Shown here one piece after another: positions 9,487-21,197 of a stretch of DNA of 51,510 bases. The stretch is taken from positions 1,736,001 through 1,787,510 of the forward strand of contig NW_019028980.1 of NCBI RefSeq assembly GCF_002105155.1, written 5' to 3'. Source of the DNA: Lobosporangium transversale (lineage: Eukaryota). The translations under genes and the position numbers were made by a program. Position 1 is the stretch's first letter. Every line of letters begins with the position of its first letter. The notes under the pieces were generated by a model that saw only the letters and a program-made list of their open reading frames with translations, was not told where the DNA came from and did not search any database.

Positions 9487-11600
9487 GGATGAAGTTATTT
9501 GTACGGCCCCTCGTGCAAATAAAATTTCATTTAAAAAAAATTTATTCGCACTGCCCCGTAGATACCTGCTCCCCCCGTGCAAATAAATAAAAAAAAAAAA
9601 AACTATTTGCACAGGGTAGGTCTTTATTTCAGTCTTAAATACCACTACCAGGCCAGGAAGCCTTCCATGATACAAGCTCGAAAGCTAAGCATCAAATACA
9701 GACCAGAATATTTATCTTATCAAGGTCGTACGTAGCCCAGAGTAGATGTTGATATTCTTTATGTGACTCTAGGATTGAGTAAAGAACTACAAATGGTTTA
9801 TCTATAATTGAAATATATTATGCCGCTCTACTTTGCACTTTTGTTGACCGTGTTGTTATAGATTGTGGATGGTTCCCTGATGCTTTCTTTCATTTAGTGC
9901 GTGCATACATCTCTGGTATTTCCGTACACTATTAAGCACACAACGATGAGTTCAGTAATTAGGAACCTCTAACGTGTAGCTTGTTTCGACAGATATACAA
10001 ACAATCATACTATCATACCCATTGCTACGATACATAGCGTGCCGTGTTATTACTCTCTTTCTTTTCTCTCTCTTAAATGTCTTTATCTCTGTCTTTCTTT
10101 ATTAAGAGCTCAAGCGTCCTCGATACTAAATTTCGTTTATCAAATTCACCAAAATACAATGAGTAGACCTCAGTTTATTTTGTGGAATGTCTATCTTCTC
10201 GCCCGCTTGTAACCCGAGAGGTTACTTATCTTTTGATAGTTGGTGACAGTTCGCACTCAAAGCCGATCGCGCCATAATTACCTATATCCCTATATCTAAA
10301 TAGTTAAAATACTTTAATAGCATAACCGTGGCTAATAGTGATAGAAAAGAGACATAAATACTCTTTTCTGTTACGTTAATAAAGATCCTTATTTCTGTTC
10401 AATCAGGGTTGATTTTTCACCAATAAAATAGCCAGAACTTGCCTTGGGTCATCTTTAGGACGCAGTGTCGTATACTCGGCAGCACATATAGATGCTCACT
10501 GCATCTAGAGACTAGCTTCATATTGTACAATCACCTGAAAGGTTATGAAGAGAAACACTGTCTTCAATCCTATTTCTTGCCGTTTTCCCTCAGCATGTAC
10601 TGCCCAAAAACTTTAGTGATTATCCACATTGGTCTCATTAATAAAAGCGTAAATTTCCATCTTGGTTGGTGAAGTATTTTTGTATGTCACAAATGAGCTG
10701 TTTGTCAGAGATTCGAAATAAAAAAAATAATGAATAACCCACTTTGACCAGACTTTTTTTCGGGTGACTGTAGAGTGGAATAGAGCGTGAAAAATATTTT
10801 GTAGATAGATAGTAAGCAGTAGAAAAGTAAGTGAGAATAAGATATGGGTTCACACACCACACCCATGGGGGTATTTATTCATTTTCTGGTAGAGAGACTT
10901 GTACCAGGTAACTACGTATCTATCTATAAGATGACAAAGATTCGTTCTAAAAACTTCATACCAAAGATTTATCGCGTCTATGTGTGGCGCGTTATTGCCA
11001 CTAATTTCTACCGCTAATCTTTTTTAGCGCATTAGTGTTATTTTTACTCTAATTTTTTTCTAACTAGGCCCCATCATAATATTGCATACTGTGAAATATG
11101 CAACAGAGCGCGATGAGTATCGCAGCTCCCATGGCGCTGCAACTTCCAACAGTAATAATCCGTTTGTGAATGTCGACTCCGATTGCCCTTTCCTTGATAA
11201 AGAATTTTGTTCTGCTGTTGAGAAGGAACGCAGAGCGCTCAACAAGAACGGTTTCTTCGGACAGCTCCTTTGTGATAGTGATTAAGTAATTAAGGGTTCG
11301 AACATCTACAACAAGTTCCTTGGGGCCTAGTTGTCATTCAGATGGGTAGTTTTTTAAGTAGTTCATATATTGAGTCGACTGCCATTCCACCCTATTGAGA
11401 TACTCGAAGGGATTGTTCTGCCTGTGGATTTGAATCCCATTCATAAAATCTGTAAGACCTGTCATAAGGCGGTTTTGAACAGATGATTTTTTTTTTTTTT
11501 ATTTTTTTTTATTGCACGGAGGTGCCAGAGTAAATAACTTTTTGTATGGGGGCCGTACGAATAAGGCGCGTACAAGCCCATGATGCAAATATCTTTTTCC
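9487..11600. mobile_element. MULE-like family A copy 2, more decayed
   Basis: Left end GGATGAAGTTATTTGTACGG; right end GCAAATATCTTTTTCC. 9620-10710 and 11121-11154 align by eye with 6545-7790 and 7792-7823. No matching TSD, so the right boundary is less certain. Confidence 0.7.
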
Positions 11601-12486
11601 ATGAAGGAGATGTTCTGCAAGATAGTTTTTTTCTTCTCCTTCTTCTTGTTTTTAACTTCTGGTGCACCTGTACATTCGTTTGCATATGATGTTCTCAAAG
11701 AAGATACAGCAGGATTTAACGCTTGTTGCTCATGAATGTCTTTACTGAAGACAATGTTATGCTGTTGAGAAGTATAAGAGAGTTCATATTGAGCTTGCTG
11801 TCTGACCTCTGAATTATATCCATACACTGTTGTAAATATCATTTATACCGAAAAAAATAAAAAATAAAAAAAAAATAAAAAAAATAAAAAAAAAAGGCTC
11901 GCCACTATACGAATGCAGTTTTTTTTGATTATGATATCCAGTTTCGATTCAGTTGAAGCAATGGTCTAGAGACGCATAGACATAATCTCCCGATCGCATT
12001 GTTTTCTAATTGTTGCCCGAGTTTGTTTTATTTTATTTTATTTTATTTTTATTTTTTCACTTGATCGAAATTGAAAGCCTGAATTTCGGCCAATATGGCC
12101 AGGCTTTAGATGGTTGCAAGCAATATAAAATTTTATAACATGTCCAATACTGGCTGCGAATTAGACACTCTTCACCAATCGCCAGTCTTTTCATATTAAA
12201 ACATCGTTTTCACTAAACAAAGATAGTAATGCGCTTGGTTTGGAAAAGTCGGCATGAAAGTGATGCATTCATTTTTTTTATTTTTTTTAAAAAAAAAAAA
12301 AAAAAAAAAACAAATTTCATTGGGAAATTCATGGGAGGAAGAAGATGGTCTATTGGTTTCTTTTAATGACATAGTTAATTGCAAGCAAGAAGGAAAATAA
12401 AAAACAACTACAAACTAACTAAGCATGCTATCCGCTTTCTCACGTCAAAGCTAAACTGCAGGCAAAATAAAAGAAAAAGGGAAGGT

Positions 12487-12705
12487 TCAAATAACGATCT
12501 CGTCTTCAATGGCACGAGGTTCCAATCCTAAGCGATCAAGACATGTATGGTAGCGATCTGGGTTGGATTTCTTGAGATATTTAAGGACAGTCTGACGTTG
12601 ATGGACCAACATGCGCAAACGACGATAGTTGTGTTTATCCTTCTTATTATTGAGGACGTGGTTGTTCAAGTTTTGAATCCTGACAGTCATAATGGCAGCT
12701 AATCG

Positions 12706-12736
<31 letters not shown>

Positions 12737-12786
12737 TTGGAAATAAGAAAACAAGTTTCATTGTTTTTCAAAAGAAAAAGAGAAAA

Positions 12787-12832
<46 letters not shown>

Positions 12833-13724
12833 GCCATGAGAATAAAGATTACCTTGAACTTCAGGGCTTCCAGTGTCACCTTCAAAGCGTTGGAATGCTT
12901 CCTTGGCTCTCCTGATGTTTTCCAATATGATCTGTTTTGCATTTCCATTCTCAAGGGCAATGATGCGGCGGACCAATTCTGCCTTCTGTTTCTCAATAGG
13001 GAGCTGAAGCTTGTCACTGACAAGTGTGGAGCGGTTCATGAGTTCTTCCAGGTGGATATGGGGGACCTTATCGAAGATCAATTCTGCTTCCTGATTAGTT
13101 AAGAAATGTTGGTATCCAGAAGGTTCAGATGTCGAAACTACCAAGGGCGCCCTAGATGATGAAAAGATGGAGGATGATAATGGTGAGGCTGAAAAAGAAA
13201 AGTTGGATCTTGAGGATGATGTTGATGATGATGATGATGTGCTGTCAGACTCGGTATCAGTAGTCGTGGGAGGTTTGATAGAAGCGAGAGGAGCTTGGAA
13301 CAGAGTCTGAGGCTGAAGAAGCGAGCGCGTGAACTCTGTTTCCTTTCCAATGATATAGTCTGGTGTTGATTCTTCAAATTCACGATGTTTATCTTCCTGT
13401 TTCTTTAGGTTAGCCTTCCGGGTCTGAATGGCAATGTCCTTCCTTGATCGTCGAGCTTTAGCCAAAACAGCGGTTGATGTGTGGAAGGTATTGCATGGTG
13501 TTGCCTTGGTTGAAGCAACTACATTTTGAGATCGGAAAAAAAATAAAAATAAAACATTGTATATTAGCAAATGAGTCCACTGTGAATGTGTGGTTGCATT
13601 AAGGAGTCAACTCTTCTGATCAGTTTTGCTGCAGTCATGTCCATTGATCGTGTATTGCAACTTTTTCCTGTTAAGCTCGCTTTGTGATAAAAAAAAAGTA
13701 ACTTCGGCTTTTTTCCTTTTCTCT

Positions 13725-13758
<34 letters not shown>

Positions 13759-13813
13759 GTATAGCCGTACCCAAGGAACGTGCTCCAGGTAAGACTGTGC
13801 GCAGACCAAACAT
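12487..13813 (-). CDS. MRPS15: Mitochondrial small-subunit ribosomal protein uS15m (yeast Mrps28-like), ~306 aa
   Basis: Exons 13813-13771, 13518-12853 and 12698-12487 (921 nt, in frame). S15 signature GDTGSPEVQAAIMTVRI...KKDKHNYRRLRMLVHQRQTVLKYLKK; presequence-like start MFGLRTVLPGARSL. Confidence 0.92.
12706..12829. repeat. Two (AAT)n microsatellite runs in uS15m intron 2
   Basis: Directly visible AAT tandem runs at ~12706-12733 and ~12789-12829. Confidence 0.9.
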
Positions 13814-14058
13814 GATAAGAACAGAATACGATGGACAAGATGTAGGAGTCAAGTGAGGATGGGGCAGCAACGTCTCCGAAGTCAGTGTGGCTAGTCTCAC
13901 AGGAACTTCCTACGAAAATAATAAACATTTTTTCTGATCCGTTCATTTGTGATTTACGAATAAGCCACCATTAGCTGAGGGCAAGGCCAGCTAAGGCACA
14001 AAAGAAAAAAGACATTTCTTTCATTCGCGAGAAAAAAAAAAAAAAAAAGGAAAAAGGC
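13814..14058. promoter_or_regulatory. Probable bidirectional promoter between uS15m and POP5
   Basis: Only 245 bp separate the two head-to-head start codons. Confidence 0.6.
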
Positions 14059-14564
14059 ATGGTCCGCTTCAAGAACAGATACTTGCTATTCGAGGTCGTC
14101 TATGCGAACACGCCATTACGATGGGCTTCGATTCCAGCTTCCAATACATTAGAACTGTCTTCGACAGCTGATCAAAATCCTTTTGGAGATACTGGAAGAA
14201 ATAACTGTCAACTACCACAAATCAGCAACAAAGACCTGATGGTTGCTCTTAAGGACTCGATAGCAGGGAACTTTGGAGATTATGGAGCTGGGCTAACACA
14301 GAGGCCATTGACATGTATGTATTAGGGTTGATCTCCTTTTCATCATATGTGTTGTCTCTACCCAGGAATTTGATTTAAGGATTTCTTTTTTATTGTATTT
14401 ATCATTGGCAGTAAAATATTTTTCACCACACACAAACATTGGGATTCTCAGGATATCGAGAGAGGAATTGCATATTGTATGGGGTGCACTCACCTTTATT
14501 ACACAGCTGAAAGGAAACCCATGCATTTTCAGAGTCCTTCATACTTCTGGTAACTTTACATTTT

Positions 14565-14598
<34 letters not shown>

Positions 14599-14852
14599 GT
14601 TTAAAGCCCCTGAGGAGATCTGAATTGAATGATCAAGAATTGACTATGGTATGTAATCCTTATTTCATATTTGCTTTTATTGAATTGATAGGTACGATCC
14701 GACATTGTCAATCACGGACGATTGCCTACGATCGTGACCGGATTATGGCCCTAAGGAACCAGGCACAGCTTTTGAAAGACGATCAGGCGTTTACACAGCT
14801 TGGCCTTGCGCTTAAGGACTCATTAGACGAAGTTAATGCGCTGGAGCTTTAG
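14059..14852 (+). CDS. POP5: RNase P/MRP subunit Pop5 (Rpp14/Pop5 family), ~184 aa
   Basis: Exons 14059-14314, 14412-14549 and 14692-14852 (555 nt). Motifs MVRFKNRYLL, NFGDYGAG, KYFSPHTNIGILRISR and VLHTSGTIR. Confidence 0.93.
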
Positions 14853-15209
14853 AGTGGGGGATTTGATTAGGACTTGTTGTCTTTTTTCTTTTTTGTAATA
14901 GTATATATTTTTTTATTTATCTGTATTACTGTAATTAAGGAAAATGTAATCATAAATTAAAAAAAAAAGGCAATCTTTGCCAATGATCATGTGATCTGTA
15001 CAAAAATGGCAAAATTTCGTACGTGAATGATTAATCACAGCTTTTTAAGTTCTGAAAGAATTGCCTGGAAGCTCCTTTTTTCCTGATCTGATCACTTTAA
15101 CATTCTTTACATTCTTTACATTCTTTACATTCATTCTTCAGAAGAGTTCATCTCTCAGCCCCATACGACAACAACACACACCTCTACATTCACTCGCATA
15201 TAATTCAAA

Positions 15210-15879
15210 ATGTCTGGAAACATCGGTTGGGACGATGAGATTGTCCTTCGTAAGCGTGCTGAGCATACCAAGGTCACCCGCTCCTCTGCTGACATCAACG
15301 CTGCCCGCCGTGCAGGTGCTGTTGTCTCTACAGAGCGCAAGGCTGTCACTAATGCTGGACATGTTGGTGAAGATTTCCGACGCATTGCCAAGTTGGCTGA
15401 GACTGATGAGATTGTTGCACCCAAGGCCGTCTCCATGGATGTTGGAAAGGCCATTGCAAAGGCTCGTATTGAATTGAAGATGAACCAGAAGGAGCTTGGT
15501 GTCAAGGTTAACGAGAAGCAGACTGTCGTAAGTTTTTTTTTTTTTTTTTTTTTTTTTCTAAGCCCATCCCGCTTCTCCTTCCCCCCTTCCCCCTTTCCCC
15601 CTTCGTTGTTTTTTTTTTTTGTGTACAGGATCTTGCAGTTTTATTTTGCCTGCCGCAGTCAGCCCTAATTATTATCGTAATCCTAATCATGATTGTTTTT
15701 TTTTTTTTTTTTTTTGCCTTCGCCCTTTCATCTATTAATAAATTGATGAATAGATCAACGACTATGAGGCTGGGCGTGCTGTTCCTAACCAGCAGATTCT
15801 TGGAAAGTTGGAGCGTGCTCTTGGAGTCAAGCTACGTGGCAAGGATATTGGCTCTCCCTTGACCTTCGGAAAGAAGTAA
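15210..15879 (+). CDS. MBF1: Multiprotein bridging factor 1 (MBF1/EDF1), 147 aa
   Basis: Exons 15210-15527 and 15754-15879. Motifs [23 protein letters not shown] and [29 protein letters not shown] (HTH). Confidence 0.96.
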
Positions 15880-15901
15880 ACTCTGGTCGCTGATCGACCC
15901 T

Positions 15902-15937
<36 letters not shown>

Positions 15938-16446
15938 CAGCCTCCATGGAGAACCTCTTCTTTTTTTTGTTTTGTTTTTGCTTTCCTTCAAGTCCACCGA
16001 AGAACAAGATATTTAAATTTACTCGACGGTTACTTTGAGAGTTTGCATGCCAAAGATTCAACCTCCCTAAAGCCATCCTTAGACACCCTTTCTTCTGAAT
16101 GCAACTAGTAGATGTATATAATAAATTTCCAAAAAAAAGTAATTGTGTCTACGTTTATAGTTCTTGAAGATTATCTGTGCCATTCATTTTATGAAAGTAA
16201 TAATGCAAATGTAAAAAAGTACAAGGTTGTCGTCCGAGCGACCGAGGTCGGGCCAAATGGCTCTGAGTCTGATCTCCAAACTCAATAAAAAAAAGCCACA
16301 GAATAGTCCAGCCTTTTTTTTTTTTTTTTTTTTTTTTTGATAGAGGAAACGGATGCATGTGTTGTGTTGATGAATGAACCCTTTTTTGGGAGCCAGCCAA
16401 TTGCATTTCGCACCCCCCTTTCACTTCTTCTCCTATATACACGATA

Positions 16447-16555
16447 ATGAGTATAACAAAAAGGACTGTTTTAATACTGGACCATAGTCCACATGCGCGC
16501 AGGCGAGCATGTCATGAATATGAGGAGAAAGCCATGGCTTCAAATGAGTGTAATG

Positions 16556-16586
<31 letters not shown>

Positions 16587-17493
16587 TATCATGGATTTGT
16601 GGTGTGCTTTTGAAACTTCAGTTACTGTTTTTTTTTTTTAAAAAAAAAAAATCCATCATCTCTTAATAAAAATAATTAAAAAAAAAAAGTTCCGGACAAT
16701 GATGAATTCGACTTGGAGCCATGTTCGATGTGGTCGAGTTTTGTTCATGCATGCCTGCATTACACCCGTTTAGCATGGGATTTATCACCTGTTGGTCAAA
16801 GAACACAGGTTAGTAAAAAGACTTTTTTTTTTTTTTTTTTTTTTATTGTCTTATCATGTAGATCAGAGCATTGTATTGGATACTCTGTCTTGACATACTC
16901 TTAATTTCATCACTAGGTATCCGTCCATGTGGCACCAGGATCAGGACAAACGTCCGATAGTATAGTACTGAATACCTGGGCCAATCAAGATCAGAGCTTA
17001 GGGAGCGTAAGAAGGAGGCATTATGTCCGTTTGCGGAAGAAAAGAGAGAAAAAAAAAAAAAAAAAAAAAAAAAAGCGCTCGATATCCATCCAAATCATAA
17101 TTTTTACTCTATAGATTACTTCTCAATTGAGGGAACTGCAACTTCGGGATGATGACATGGAGTCCGTTAACGCAGAGAGCGATGACATGGATGATTCTGG
17201 CGGCTGGATAGAGCATGCATTGAAGGGCGCAATAGCTCATGCATTGGAACCCATACCAGTATATTCAACACCATTAAACACTATATCTACTCCATCAAAG
17301 ATGACAATCAATGTCATAATGCTTCTTGCAGACCTCAAAGAAGAAACTAAGATGGATGACGAAGACACAGAGATGGGGGATGAGGATGATGAACGCGCAT
17401 GGATTTATGGCGATCTGGATCTGCGAAAGCTTCTCATGGATGCCCTTTACAGCCTACAGGAATGTGTCAGGAATAGCAGGTAGGTTTATAAGC

Positions 17494-17524
<31 letters not shown>

Positions 17525-20356
17525 CTATTCAGGTGGTATAGCATGGACAGGATTGCAGGACACTAACTTCTAAATACATCCCTATCATCATTTTTGACAC
17601 ATTTGGAAGGGTCTCGGCTATTAATGTAGAATTTATAAGGGTATCGACACAATCAACAGCACCAAGACCAGATATCTTAAAGGAAGATGTAAGTAATCTC
17701 ATGCTATTCTTTGATGGATGAGCACCTCAAGCTAATGCATTTCATATAGGATGAAAAAAAAAAAAAAAAAAAAAACACTTTGACTTGACTTGCAAATATG
17801 TTCATTGGTAGATTTCGAGAGTTTGTTCGTCCTCTGTATATACAATCACCACAAAGGATGAGACTACCGTGACAAGTGGACTCATCAATCATTATTTGCG
17901 ACAAAACAGAGGTGTACAGCTTCTACGTCTTCACAATTTGCCTTTAAAGCGCCAGGACAATGATGAAGATAACAGTAATAACGCCCCAGTGGAATTGTTT
18001 TACAGATCGGATCACATCAGAGCTTTGGCTTGGAAGAAGGCAGACATGAATACTGGGAACAGGATATCCGCCGTCCTTCATGATACCCCCCAAAACCTCC
18101 GTGAAATAGCAGAACTAGAATATGGCGTGGAATGTACAGAGTTGTCCAGTAAGTACTAAACTCGTTGTTCACACATGTGCACTTTTCTTGGATTATCATC
18201 AAAAGATTCCGATGAATTTTGATATATAAAATCTTTTTTTTTTTTTTTTTTTTTTTATAATAGATGTTATACCGACTGAATGTACACATCTCGCATCAAT
18301 ATCCCCTTCAACATTTACTGCATCATTCTTCCCTTTCATCAATGGTAGGGCTATACATGTATATAAAGATGCAATACATGTAGTGTTTGATGAGTATGAC
18401 ATGATATGAACTGCAATTTGGATCATTAGGCAAAGTTCACCTCCTGAAGCATCCTGGCCCTGGTGATTTGGCCTCAAAGGCCCTCTTTGATCATGATGGA
18501 CAGCTTTTCATCCACTGTCTCCAGTCAGAACCAGATCCATTAGCGTTTTCAATGCAAGCAGCCCAACACTTTGATACCAATAAGAAGGTCAATGTTTCTT
18601 CAAGTAATTATCATCTTGAGGTTTGTGCTGAGGACCCTGCCGCTGAGTATTTTCTTTCTTCCTTTTTTCCTTTCTTTTAAAAAAGGGGAGGGGGGGAAAA
18701 GAATATAGGGGCCAAAACATGCTAACGTACAGTGATGTTATGTACTATTCTAGGAGTTTGTGGACGCTATTCTTTATCCCAATCTGATTGTGCCTGGCGC
18801 CGACTCATTTTCTCAGGAAGGAAACATATTTACAGAGATCGTCCCACCTGCTTTGAAATCAATAACTTGTAATCATAAGGAGAGTGAGGGTGAAGATGAC
18901 TACAAGAGTGAGGAGGGAGCAAGCTCAAGAGGTGTACATATGACGCTTGTCCACACGACCTCTAAACTAGACTTGGAAACGCGATGGCTGGTCCAATGGG
19001 AAGGAGAGCGTACACATCCCATTCTGGTATGACATTTTTTTTTTTTTTTTTTTTTTTACGGCTTCATAAAGTTTTACCTTTTTCATTTCATTCTACTCTA
19101 GCGACTATAGCAAGTAACATGTTTCTATTTTTGTTTTCGTTTTTATCAATAGCCTGCTCATAATACACAGATTCAGAGATTTAAAAGTGCTATATGCAAA
19201 AACAGTGTGGACACAGCAGGAGTTGCTACTATAAATTCAGTCTTGGATAACTTGATTGCGGACGCACGCCCATTAGCCCTACCAGGCGAATCAACACCAT
19301 CAGGACAGGGAATGGCGTCTCAACAGCAACAACGATATCGTGAAAGCGCTCAGGCCATTCTGGCGGATTTGTGGATGATTGGCCAGCGCTTCAAGTCTGT
19401 GTCGCCAAGTCATGCTGAGGTGAATAGTTATCACGTCATCACGCTTTTTCTGTGGCAATATCATGTGTTAAAAACATATGCTTATTTTTTTTTTTATTTT
19501 TTTTTATTTTTTTTTAATGTTACTGTTTTTATCTGGATTTGGGTTTTATACATAGGCGGCACGACTTATTGCCACCAAGGTAACACCCAAGGGATTAGAC
19601 CATCAGACGGTGAGGCTAACACTTGTACCACCGAGTAGGCGAGCTGCTTTGATCAATGCAGAAGCTCAGGGGGGAAGTCCCATGTTCGACAACGGAGACA
19701 TGGGAAGTGATGGATGGAGCCGGAATAAGGGTCAGCGCGGAGGTAATAATCCAGGTGGTATTATTGGTCGCGGGGGAAACCGGGGAGGTCGATTCGATAA
19801 TCGTGGTGGTAGAGGGGGAGCGGGTGTCAACAACGCTGCAGGACGCGGCAGAGGAGGTTTCCGAGGAAGTCATAATACAAATAGTCCTGGTGGTAATAAC
19901 AGTAATGCAGCCATTTCTGATGATATGAGTTTTAGTGGAATGGACTCTTCAGCAGGGCCTAACAACGACATTATGTTGAGTATGACTGGAAAGACACAGC
20001 CGGTTCCTTATTTGATCACACAGCCGCCTACACGAGAGGAATTAGAGGAGTCGGAACAAGAATACCTTGCACAGCTCGGTGAGGATGGTTGTTTGCTTAA
20101 AGCCTATTGGGGTTCACGGGGCGCACAGGGCTCTGCAATTGCAAGTGTGCTGAATTCGGTCACGTCGCTTGATGCTCCTTCTGCCAATGCATCGAGTTCA
20201 GATATACAACAACAACAACAACACCAACCAGATCCTATTGTTGCAGTGGCATTAGCAGCACAACAAAAGATGAAGAAATTGCCGACGAAGCGGCTGAGAT
20301 TACAGGATTTTGCAGGCCGGACACCGTCTGCAGAGAACGGAGGTTTCAGTAAATAA
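16447..20356 (+). CDS. INTS13: Asunder/Integrator subunit 13 homolog (DUF2151/Mat89Bb family), 11 exons, ~901 aa
   Basis: Exons 16447-16549, 16690-16808, 16917-17006, 17115-17479, 17610-17688, 17812-18148, 18264-18344, 18430-18620, 18754-19026, 19153-19419 and 19556-20356 splice in frame (2706 nt, all GT-AG). Collinear motifs match animal INTS13 as recalled: RTVLILDHSP, SMWSSFVHACLHYTRLAWDL, VLNTWANQDQSL, NLPLK..VELFY, ALFDHDGQLFIHCL and C-terminal LLKAYW...QDFAGR. Confidence 0.82.
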
Positions 20357-20734
20357 GATAGAGCTCCGATTTTTTTTTTTAGGAAATTACGCTAGATTTT
20401 GCATGTGAGAACGAGGTGTAGCTTCTGGATCAAGGAAATACGTTCTTTGATTATTTCTGATTATCCAATAAAATCAATCTTTCCGTTTATTTTTATTTTT
20501 TAACGTCGTCGAACCATTATAGAATATCTTTTTCAAAGAAGCATACCATGGAGAGCATAGGAATCTGGACTTTATTTGTTCTATTTGCAGATGCGCATGA
20601 TACATGAACGGGAGATCATTCATATTTTTATACACACGAGTTATTGTGCATTGCAGTACAGAAGGGAGACGACAGATACGCGTCGTTTTTTTTTTTTTTT
20701 TTTTTTTTTGCTCACATTTCTAATTTACTTGTTA

Positions 20735-20766
<32 letters not shown>

Positions 20767-21151
20767 GAAGCAGTTGAACGTCAGTTGGCATATGAATGCT
20801 AAGGATACATGTAGATAGTAGGAAAAGCTTAGCGGGAAAGGTCTAACTACGGGAGGTAGAACAAAAAAAAAAGTTGTTCTTTGTTCCTTGGTGTAGATGA
20901 ATCTGAAGGAAAACATAAACTTGTTTGTGAGGGACAGAGACGGTTGAAGACCTTTTACACATGTCTTTTCTATATACTTTTATTCAGTTGTTTTTGTTTG
21001 TCCTCTGATAGTGTGGAGAGAAAGGTTTCTCCACATAGTCTAGTTCAACATGCAGCAATAAAAAAAGATAATCTTGGATGATGAAAGCGAGGATTTTCTT
21101 CAGGGTCATATATATATATATACATCTGTATCGTATCTTTATTAACTACAG

Positions 21152-21157
<6 letters not shown>

Positions 21158-21195
<38 letters not shown>
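21158..21195. repeat. (TA)n microsatellite
   Basis: About 19 uninterrupted TA units. Confidence 0.95.

Positions 21196-21197
<2 letters not shown>

Noticed and set aside
11462..11842. 126-aa minus-strand ORF as a gene
   Set aside because: It runs into the MULE TIR and a poly(A) tract and has no recognisable motif.
16917..16925. GTATCC in INTS13 as a U12 donor
   Set aside because: It is the start of exon 3, directly after an AG, and reads in frame; all ten introns fit ordinary GT-AG.
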